NCBI RefSeq assembly: GCF_001194135.2
Contig: NC_068999.1
Coordinates: 49,157,381 to 49,221,380 of the forward strand
Source: Octopus bimaculoides
Taxonomy: Eukaryota
DNA: 64,000 nt
Reading direction: 5' to 3'
Part shown: positions 39,993 through 48,943 of the stretch, piece after piece
Numbering within the stretch: position 1 is the stretch's first letter
Layout: each line of letters starts with the position of its first letter
Notes under the pieces: model-generated
What the model was told of the DNA's origin: nothing
The model's database searches: none
Seen by the model: the letters and a program-made list of their open reading frames with translations, nothing else
Made by a program: the position numbers and the translations under genes

Positions 39993-40804
39993 GTTTCTAT
40001 GGCAGCGAGCTGGCAGAATTGTTAGCATGCTGGATGAAATGCTTAGCAGTATTTTGCCCGTTGCCACGTTCTGAGTTCAAATTCCGCCGAGGTCGACTTA
40101 ACCTTTCATCCTTTCGGGGTCGATGAATTAATCATCGGTCGAGTATTGGGATCAATCTAATCGACTATTCCCCCTCCCCTCAATTTTAGGCCTTATGCCT
40201 ACAGAAGACAGGATTATGTGATGTTTGTAAATATGCATTGCTGTCATACAAACGATGTATCATTTCCAGTCTTCTGTGAAGAAAGCAACAAAAAGAACAT
40301 GTCTGGCTATGGGAAATATTACCTTGCTTGGAAACGGGTGAGGGTTGCTGACAGGAAGGGCATCCAGCCATATGAATTTCGTCTGACCCGTACAAGGATA
40401 GAAAAGTGGATGTTAAGTGGTGTGGATGATGATGATGGTAGTCTCCTCATTGCTTTTACGTCTGTTTTTTTTTTCTGTGTGGGCAGGGTTGGGTGAGACT
40501 TATTGAAGCATATTTTATGGCTGATCCCCTTCTTGTTCTCAGCTTTTGTCTTTTTTTTAGAACTTATTGCTATAAGAGATGTAAAATGTGATGAATGCTT
40601 AAATGGTGTCTATACGAGGACACATGGAAGTAAACACACACACACACACACGCATTTGGACATAACATACACATACGACGGGTTTCCATACAGTTTCCAT
40701 CTACCAAATTTCACTCCTAAACCATTCGTGAGGCTGATGCTTATAACTGACAATTACCCACAGTGCCGCGCAATGAGATGAACTTGTCGTATTTGATGGC
40801 ATGT

Positions 40805-41122
40805 GGTGAAGGTGCGTAGCTAAGTGGTTAGGGTATTTGGTTCAAGATCGTAAAGTCGTGAGTTCGATACCTGGTGGCGCATTGATCAAGACACTTTAAT
40901 CCACGTTGTTCCATTCCACTCAGCTGTCAAAAATGAGCAGTTCACGTATTTTAAAGAACTAGGCTTGTCACACTCTGTATCATGCTGGATCTCCCCGAAA
41001 ACTACGTTAAGGGTACACGTGTCTGTGGAGTTCTCAGCCACTTGCATGTTAATTTCACGAACAGGTCGTTCAGTTGATCGGATCAACTGGAACCCTTGTT
41101 GTTGTAACCGACTGAGTAGCAG
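40805..41122 (+). mobile_element. tRNA-derived SINE with CORE-like body and the same 3' tail as the 56632 element
   Basis: A/B boxes (TAGCTAAGTGG, GAGTTCGATAC); CAAGACACTTTAATCCACGTTG...CAGCTGTCAAAAATGAG body; shared tail AGGGTACACGTGTCTGTGGAGT...GATCGGATCAACTGGAACCCT. Confidence 0.8.
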
Positions 41123-41587
41123 ATTTCTTTTCTTTTTCTTTTGCGATAGCATAAAAGATGCACGGGCGTATTAAATACACCAAAAGGTTTTTAGTTCTTT
41201 AAAGCATGTAATTTAGGCCCAACTTCACTTATAGGCCCCGTCATGATTTTTTTGAGTCTTTTTTTGTAAACATTGCATCTTATATGCTATCAAATAGAGT
41301 AAAACCACGTGTTTGCGTAATGAACATTGTCAACACAGATGCAGATTAATTAAGGAACAATAACTGTTGCAATTAATAAGCCCTTGGTTATTTGTTTAGA
41401 GGAGTAGCTTCCCATGTTTTAAATGTACCCCTCCCCTTCCGTTTCCAGTTTTGAAGTGTTAATAATGATTGTGTTAACCTTATTTAAAATGCATTTTCTC
41501 ATAGTAGTCATCTTGGAATTTATTCCTTCCCATTGTCTTAACTCTTTCTTTCTTTTTTTCTTTCTTTCTTTCTTCTGTTTGAAATAG

Positions 41588-41679
41588 CTTCTGACCTTCT
41601 TATTGATCTGCATGTTCACTTACTCCGACGTATTGGTAAGAAGGTAAACACAGAAAAATGGCAACGCAGCATAATAAAG
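41588..41679 (+). CDS. RSF1: RSF1 exon 2 (ASDLLIDLHVHLLRRIGKKVNTEKWQRSIIK)
   Basis: Pyrimidine tract + TAG acceptor; AAG|GTAAGT donor; 92 nt, restores the frame from exon 1 across a 20.7-kb intron. Confidence 0.9.
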
Positions 41680-42007
41680 GTAAGTGCTTCATTAATATTT
41701 TGAGTAATTATAGAAAATTGAGAATTATCTTTTCTGCTTGTATTTATTGACTTGTCAGATAAATTCGTTTTTTTTTTCTCTCCTACTTGGCACTTCATCG
41801 TCATGTGGCTGGAAATAGATAAAATTTATTCGGATTTTCAAAACGATATACTAAATTTGTAGAGGAAGAACGGGGCTACATGACAAAAACCACCTGATAC
41901 TCTACAATAAAAGCATTTTTGTGTTGTTAATTTAAAGAACATTGGACCGGATTGAAATAAATGAAAAAAAACAAACAAACAAAAAGAACAAAAACAAACA
42001 AAAAGTG

Positions 42008-42168
42008 CAGGCATGGTTGTGTGGTAAGAAGCTTGCTTCCCAACCACATGGTTCCAAGTCGCTCAGTCCCACTGCATGACACCTTGGGCAGGTGTCTCCT
42101 ACTGTAGACTCGGGCTGACCAAAATCTTGTGAGTGGATTTGGTAGCCGGAAACTGAAAGAAGCCTGTC

Positions 42169-42204
<36 letters not shown>

Positions 42205-42443
42205 AATTCATGTGTGTCAATTCATGTGTGTGCGTGTGTGTCTGTGTTTGTCCCCCCCCTCACTACCGCTTTGGCAACTGATGTTGGTGTATTTACGTCT
42301 CTGTAACTTAGCAGTTCTGCAAAAGAGACCGATAGAATAAGTACTAGGCTGAAAGAGTCCTGGAGTCGATTCATTCAACTAAAACTCTTTAAGACACTGT
42401 CCCCAGGTTGGCCACAATCAAATGACCGAAACAAGTAAAAGAT
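42008..42443 (+). mobile_element. Full-length tRNA-derived SINE family 'B' with CORE-like CCTTGGGCA(A/G)GTGTC body and central (TA)n/(TG)n tract
   Basis: GTGTGGTAAGAAGCTTGCTTCCCAACCACATGG head and ...GCATGGCC.CAGTCAAATGACTGAAACAAGTAAAAG-type tail. Other copies near 3140-3365(-), 6110-6270(-), 16830-17212, 17725-17930(-), 23543-23930, 27480-27890(-), 28200-28450, 30120-30520(-), 35265-35590(-), 51370-51580(-), 59640-59930, 62455-62650(-). Confidence 0.85.
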
Positions 42444-42791
42444 GAAAAAAAAAAACCAGACGATTTTATCTGACAACTCAGTGCATTCATTTTTCTGTGC
42501 TTTCATGGATTGTTGGTTTCTTGTTGAAGTAATTGTTTGTATAGCTGGATACCCATCCTGCCCTTCAATATAATTGATTATACATCTCAGCTATGTATTT
42601 TTGATGTTTCAACTTCATAGACGCTACACAGAACACTTCACAATTTCTTTGTCTTCAGATCTATAACCTCCTCCTTGTCATGCAAGTATAGAAAACTTAA
42701 AGCAGTCATCATATTACAATTCTGCTTGTCAATCCATTAATATGTTAGCATATGTGTTGGACAGTTATCACTATAAATTGGGATTATTGTA

Positions 42792-42834
<43 letters not shown>

Positions 42835-43372
42835 CAATAAGGCAGGGAGCTGGCAGAACCGTTAGCTTGCTGGGCAAAATGCTTAGTGGCATTTCATATG
42901 TCTTTATGTTTTGAGCTCAAATTCTGCTGAGGTGACTTTGCCTTTCATCCTTTCAGAATCAATAAAGTAAGTACCAGTTGATCCCTGGGGCTCAATGTAA
43001 TTGACTTACACCCTCCCTTGGAATTGCTGGCCTTGGGCCCAAATTTGAAATCATCATCATCATCATTATTATTATCATCATCATCAGAAATACTGCCCTT
43101 CAGGTGGGTTTTTTTGCTAGTTCTTATAATTCAAATAGTAGATTGGCAGAATTGGACAATATGCCTTATGGTATTTCTCGCAGCCCTTTTTGTTCACAGT
43201 TTAGATCCTTCCATGGGTAACCTGGCAGGATTTGAGCTCAGATCTGCTGCTAAGCAATCAATTTTATCCATGCTATACACTTTCACAGTCTTGTAACACT
43301 GTTAAAAATCACTTATATATCATATAGTATTTATATTTTTAAGCATTATTAAAAAAAATTTTTTTTTTACAG

Positions 43373-43465
43373 TTTTGCCATTACTTTGATAATGCTGATG
43401 CATGGGAAATTGAACAAAATGGTTATGAAAATGTCAAAGTCAGCACCAAATTAAAAATCTTAAAG
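43373..43465 (+). CDS. RSF1: RSF1 exon 3 (FCHYFDNADAWEIEQNGYENVKVSTKLKILK), WHIM1 region
   Basis: T-tract CAG acceptor; AAG|GTATGT donor; 93 nt, phase 0-0. Confidence 0.9.
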
Positions 43466-43777
43466 GTATGTTTCTCAGCTTCCGTTTTAGAACATTACTT
43501 ATATTCTTTGAACACTTTAACTATTTTGTATTCTGATTACTTAGTGAAATGTAATGCTTCTTCACCTACTTTTTGGCATGCGAATCAATGTATTCTATAG
43601 CGTAAGCATGTGTAAGCATTTAAGCATTGTTTACTATCTTTCCAAATTCTGCTGCATTTCACATGGAATTTTTGATCCTGCAAAGTCATCTTGGTGTATA
43701 AGTTGATCCACCTTTCTTGGCTGTAAATTTTGGTCTGAAAAATTTTAATTGTATGCTGGAAAATACAGTATTCACAT

Positions 43778-43784
<7 letters not shown>

Positions 43785-43853
<69 letters not shown>

Positions 43854-44055
43854 TGTATATATACATACACATTATATATATATATATGTATGTATGTATG
43901 TATATATATATATATATATATATACACATTATATATATATATGTATGTATATATACATACACAATATATATATATGTATGTATGTATATATACATACACA
44001 TTATATATATATATGTATGTATATACACACATTATATATATATATATATATGTAT
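43785..44055. repeat. Compound (TA)n / TACA microsatellite array in RSF1 intron 3
   Basis: Long (TA)n followed by imperfect repeats of TATACATACACATTATATATATATATGTATG. Similar arrays at about 11870-11970, 12310-12383, 15995-16090, 16340-16432, 21715-21770, 52235-52325, 58185-58505 and 61805-61903. Confidence 0.9.
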
Positions 44056-44101
44056 ACACGCACATTTATATATGCATATTTCTATATTTAACAATTGACA
44101 G

Positions 44102-44230
44102 AATCTGCTAGAAACTCAGTTTGATTTGAACTTGAAGTTTCGTGAAAAGATCAGTGATTTTGAACCTAATCAGCTCCGCTGCCAACCTCTTGGTCGAGAT
44201 ATAAATGGAGGCTCCTATTGGTATTTAATT
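44102..44230 (+). CDS. RSF1: RSF1 exon 4 ([43 protein letters not shown]), WHIM/WSD region
   Basis: GACAG acceptor; ATT|GTAAGT donor; 129 nt; LGRD..G..YW motif typical of WHIM2/WSD. Confidence 0.9.
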
Positions 44231-44419
44231 GTAAGTAAAATGTACTTGACTCATTTTTTGTCTTTTCAGGCACTACTTTTGTTCTTCGTTTATTCCTCCA
44301 CACCACCTTAAATTTGTGATGATTTCCCTGTAATGTAAATTATAAGTGCAGGCATCGCTTTAATCATTGACTGTGCAAAACTCAAAACAATAGATCCATA
44401 TTGACAAGTCTAAAGGATC

Positions 44420-44770
44420 CATACGTACTTACTCAATCCTTTTGCTCCCTATGGAGCATAGGTTATTCATAACTTTTCTCCATAGTTCTTGACTCTGTGT
44501 TGTCTTTTCTGCTCCCTGAGGGAAGGCCTTCCTCTCCTAAGCCTTGTTAGTTTTGAATTGTCATCAAGGGTTCTGTAATTTTGCCTTTTCTAGAAAGAGG
44601 TGTCGGCTCTACACAAACCCATTTTTACTTCTAGGAAGAGGTGGTCCATATTAGCCTGGCTTGTATCGTTTGATCTACTCAGCATGGGAGGCCTTGCCAG
44701 GAACTTATGCTCCTGTGTCACGGCTCCCAGGGTCATTAAGGCACACAAGTCACTCTGCCACAACCAAGGA
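44420..44770 (-). mobile_element. Probable non-autonomous RTE derivative (5'-like segment joined to 3' tail)
   Basis: Minus strand ends ...CCTATGCTCCATAGGGAGCAAAAGGATTGAGTAAGT, an RTE-type 3' end from memory. No ORF. Confidence 0.4.
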
Positions 44771-45307
44771 TCTATATTCAACCACAATCTTGTTTTTACT
44801 GCATATGTTGGCTAATCCTTTCATGAACATAGAACCCTAAGTTCCATTGGTCCAGAGCTTAAATCTGATTTCCTTTCTATTGATAACCCTTTAATATTTC
44901 TAGTTTCATTGATGGATTGACAGAATCAGTGGAGCAACAGACAAAATGCTTTAACCTTACCATATTTGGCTGCATTTTTTTGTTCTGACTTCAGATTCCA
45001 GTAGTGTCATCTTTGCTTATCATCCATTTGAGTGGATGGTGGGAGAGGTCGATAAAATATGTACCGGCCATATTTGTAATTGATTGATGGTGTTCCTTCC
45101 CACCAATTTATTGTCTATGTTAGAAATTATAATTCGTCATTTAACATCAGTTTTTCCATGTTGGTATGTGTTGAGTGGTTTGACATGGAGTGGACAGGCT
45201 CTGATTGTCTGTTGTAGTATGGTTTCTACGGTTGGATACCCATCCTAATGCCAACCACTTTATTGTTTTCCATTCGTTCTATATATCTTTCTCTATCTGC
45301 TGCCCAG

Positions 45308-45390
45308 GACAAAGAATTAAATCTGCGTATTTATCGTGAAGATCACCCAACCATAAAAGAAGAGGATGAAGTCTGGAGAGTCATATGCAA
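45308..45390 (+). CDS. RSF1: RSF1 exon 5 (DKELNLRIYREDHPTIKEEDEVWRVIC)
   Basis: Pyrimidine-rich CCCAG acceptor; CAA|GTAAGG donor; 83 nt, phase 0-2; WHIM3-like W-x-x-I-C. Confidence 0.85.
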
Positions 45391-45669
45391 GTAAGGACCC
45401 AATTTCCTGTTTTTAATCATTTATAATTGAAGTATTCTATTCTTCACAATGAGAAACTCTGCATGCGTACATTTATCAAGGTGAAACTATGAGCTTAGTC
45501 TCCCTGAATGACTGAAAAGACTGGCTTGTGAAAAACAAATGAAGTGACATACCAAAACGAGTGAAGGCAGAGTTATAGTGATGTGGTAGCTCATTTCATC
45601 TTTGCATGTTGTAACTTATGATCCTAAAATTAAACTAAGTCCAAAGTTATTGATCTTTCTCTAACTTGC

Positions 45670-46030
45670 TCTGTTACAAACTGTAAATTTCTAGTTTTCT
45701 TTTGAGATTTTGAAAGCAGTTGGAAAAGGTACAAACACAATCCTTAAAACATATCTTAGGCTTGTGTTGTGTTCGTGTACTGCTGCATAACTCACCGTAA
45801 AGCAGCTTGGTAGCCTGTATCAATCTATGCCTCAGTATAGTTGGGTCCTGTCCAGGACCCAACTATACTTCTGGGAAAAATAGTTTCAATTGGTATTGTG
45901 TCCAAAATTTCTGACAAGTGCTTGGCTAAGAAATGGGAGCAAGAGACAACTACAATGCTCCCATTTCTCAATGAGAAAATTACTCTACCAGTCCTTGGTG
46001 ATCCATCAGAGCCATTAAGGCAGCTCACTA
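45670..46030 (-). mobile_element. Decayed RTE-clade LINE fragment
   Basis: IETI...TILRHRL...TKLLYGELCSSTRTQHKPKICFKDC resembles the RTE post-RT (IPKQLLYGEL...RFKD) segment. Confidence 0.65.
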
Positions 46031-46429
46031 CTGAAGATTCTAGGGAGCAGAGGGAGAGAGAGAGATTGAAGTACACATCTACATGTATTTATGCAAGCAT
46101 ACATAAACGTGCATACATGTATATAGACTTGCATGCATGTACACATTCACACTCAGATGTGCATATATGTATACACACACATGCACATATGTACGCACAT
46201 GCACATTGTGTTTATCTTCATAATTAGTGTTGATTATGGCGTATCTATCATATTATTTTTGTTTGTGTATTTGAATATTATTGTATAAAAAAAATGTGTT
46301 AAAAATAGAAACAACAAAATTTATAAAATGCAATATTTCCTCAGGTCCCATAAGCTTAAGTTATGAAGTGATTTAATCCTCTGATACATGATGATACATT
46401 TTTCACTTGTCACTGCTTTCTTTTAACAG

Positions 46430-46557
46430 GGATCGCGATGATCTTGCTGGTTTGGTTGCTATCTTGGATTCTGAGATAAATTCCAATAAAGAACAGACTG
46501 AAACTGAAGATAAAGATGAAACCAAAGAAATGGAAACTTCTGAATCTCAGGTGAAAC
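46430..46557 (+). CDS. RSF1: RSF1 exon 6 (DRDDLAGLVAILDSEINSNKEQTETEDKDETKEMETSESQVK)
   Basis: TTTTAACAG acceptor; AAC|GTAAGT donor; 128 nt, phase 2-1, matching the phase-1 start of the giant exon. Confidence 0.85.
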
Positions 46558-47364
46558 GTAAGTGTCATATAGTTCCATATTCAACCAAATTATTTTGTAA
46601 TAGAATTACTCTCTGCTTTTGTGTGGGAATGATTCAGCCATGGTAAGGCACATGGCTTCAGACAGATCCAGGGCAAGTTCTGATACCCCTTTTTCTAGGA
46701 TCGTTACTGACCCTTCTTGTGATTAGATTTGCTAGTTGCTCAATCACTTTCTTTGAGTGTCCAGTATGAGAATTCACAGGTTTTATGAGTAAGAGCCATT
46801 TTGGTTACAGCCATTTTGGAATTGCTAATTCAATGCCAACTTATTTGACATCAGATGGTCTTAATCTCTCTCTCTCTCTCTCTCAGCATCAAATTATGTT
46901 TATATCTATGTCTCTCTTTATATCTATGTCTCTCTTCTAGATGTGTATGTTATTTCTGTGAATGCATTTGACAATTAAGCACAGTTGACTAGACATTTAA
47001 CTTGTTTTGGTGACTACATTTTGGTACCAGAGGCACTGATGAGCAGAAAAAACTGCAAAATATCAGTGTCTCTTACTTTTGTCCACTTCAGGGGTAATTT
47101 TGTTTTGCATGACTTTGGATTTTTTCCCAACATGCATTACACACACACACACACACACACAATATATTTATTGAAACTGAAACAGAGTTAGTCTCATGAC
47201 TTGAGTTTCAATAAAAACCCATATCATTCCCAACAATAATGAGCATTCTTCTCTCATTCATCCTACTAAAAGCCAATGTGTGTGTGTGTGTGTGTTTGTA
47301 TTTATATATATATTCACATTTGCATATGCATAAATAATTTTTTAAAAATTGTTTTTCATTCCAG

Positions 47365-48909
47365 CTGAAATAAAACAACCTCTCTCAGTAGACGAGTTGC
47401 TGGATTCTACAGTGAAAAAACCAGAGCATTTTAAAGTTAACCCAATTATTATCAAGTCCGAAGGAGACGGCAGTCACGGAAAGAAAAAGTATGAAATCAG
47501 CGAAAAGGTTAGGGATGCGACAGAGGAATGCAAAGTTCTTGTGAAACCTTTGGCAGAAGGCAGCTATGTGAAAGTGGAGCCTCCCGATGATGGATTTTAC
47601 AAAATATCCAAGCCCACTACCTCCACCACCACCTCTGCTGCTGACAAGAAAGACTCGGAGATCCGTAAAATAAATGACGGTTGCCGAGATATCAAAATTG
47701 TGCTCAAAAAGGATGAGGCACACACTATTAATAGTGATGACAGCTGTGAAGCAAAAAAACCACCTGTGGTAAACAAAGATCGCGTCTCTGTAGATACTTC
47801 AGGTGTCACGGAAAAGCTGGCTGATAGCAAGCGGGATGATGAAGCAGAGAAGTCCAAAGATGAAGGTGATAAGAAGGACATTGTTAGCAAGGTGACAGAA
47901 GAAGATGTTGAAGGAAAAGATGAGTCCAAGGGCTTTGATAGTAAGGAGGAGTGTGTTGCCGGTGAGGCAAAGGGGGACAAGCTGAAAGAGAAGCATGTAA
48001 AGGATGTTGTTGCTAAGGTGGGCGAAGAGGAAATGGCCAAAACAATTAGCGGAGCAAAAGATGATGCTTTGCAAGCGAAAGAAGCTAAAGGGGAGAGGTC
48101 GGAGGCGGAGGCGAAGGCAGTTAAAAGCACAGGAGAGGAGAAAAGTGATGCCAGTGCAGAGGTGAAAGATCAAAGGTCAGAACAGAAGACAAAAGAGAAG
48201 GAAGGCAAGATGGGAGGGGATAAGGTACAAGAGAAGAAAGATTCTGTTGAAAGTAAAGTGAAAAGTGAGAAGTTGCAGGATTGTAAGGATAAAGAGATTA
48301 AAGGTGGGAAGCCAAACGATGATAAAGAAGTGAAGGTGAAAGGTGAAGAGTTGGTAGAAAAGAAGGATAAAGATGTGAATAAGATTGAGGTGAAAGGTGA
48401 AGAGAAGAAAGAGAAAGATGTGACAAAACTTGGTAGCAAAGGAGAGAAGTTACAAGACGATAAAGACGCAGATAAAACTGAGGCGAAAGGGGAAAAGTCC
48501 CAAAAAAAGAAAGAGAAAAGTGAGGACGGGAGTGAAATGTCACAGGATAAGAAAGAAAAAGGGTCTGTTGAAATTAAGGTCAAAGGTGACCAGTCACAGG
48601 AAGGAAAAGATAAGGACAGGAGTAAGGGCGAGGCAAAGGACGAAGAGTCAAAGAGAAACAATGATAAGGATTCAACTAAAATTGAGGTCAGAGGTGAACT
48701 GTCACAAAGTAAGAAGGATAAAGAGAGTATTGCTGAAGAAAGCAAATCATCAGAGCAACAGCAGCAGGAGAAGAAGGACAAGCTTGGCATTGAGGCCAAA
48801 GCTGAGAAGCGGAAGCTGTCCAGCTGTGAGGAGCCTGGGGTGGAGAGTAAAAGCCGGAGAGAATGTAGTAAAAGTGGGTCTTCTGACTCTAGTACTACAA
48901 CTTCTATTG

Positions 48910-48943
<34 letters not shown>

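Noticed and set aside
43585-44111. ORFs made of (IY)n/(CV)n/(HT)n here and at 12243-12523, 15786-16205, 58160-58801, 60777-61345 and 61699-62002
   Set aside because: Translations of TA/TG/CA microsatellites.
46551-46557. Alternative exon 6 donor CAG|GTGAAA; also alternative exon 8 acceptor at 52680 and exon 7 read-through to TAG 51332
   Set aside because: The first two break the reading frame and have weaker context than the chosen sites. Read-through is just the intron start. There is no sequence evidence they are used.
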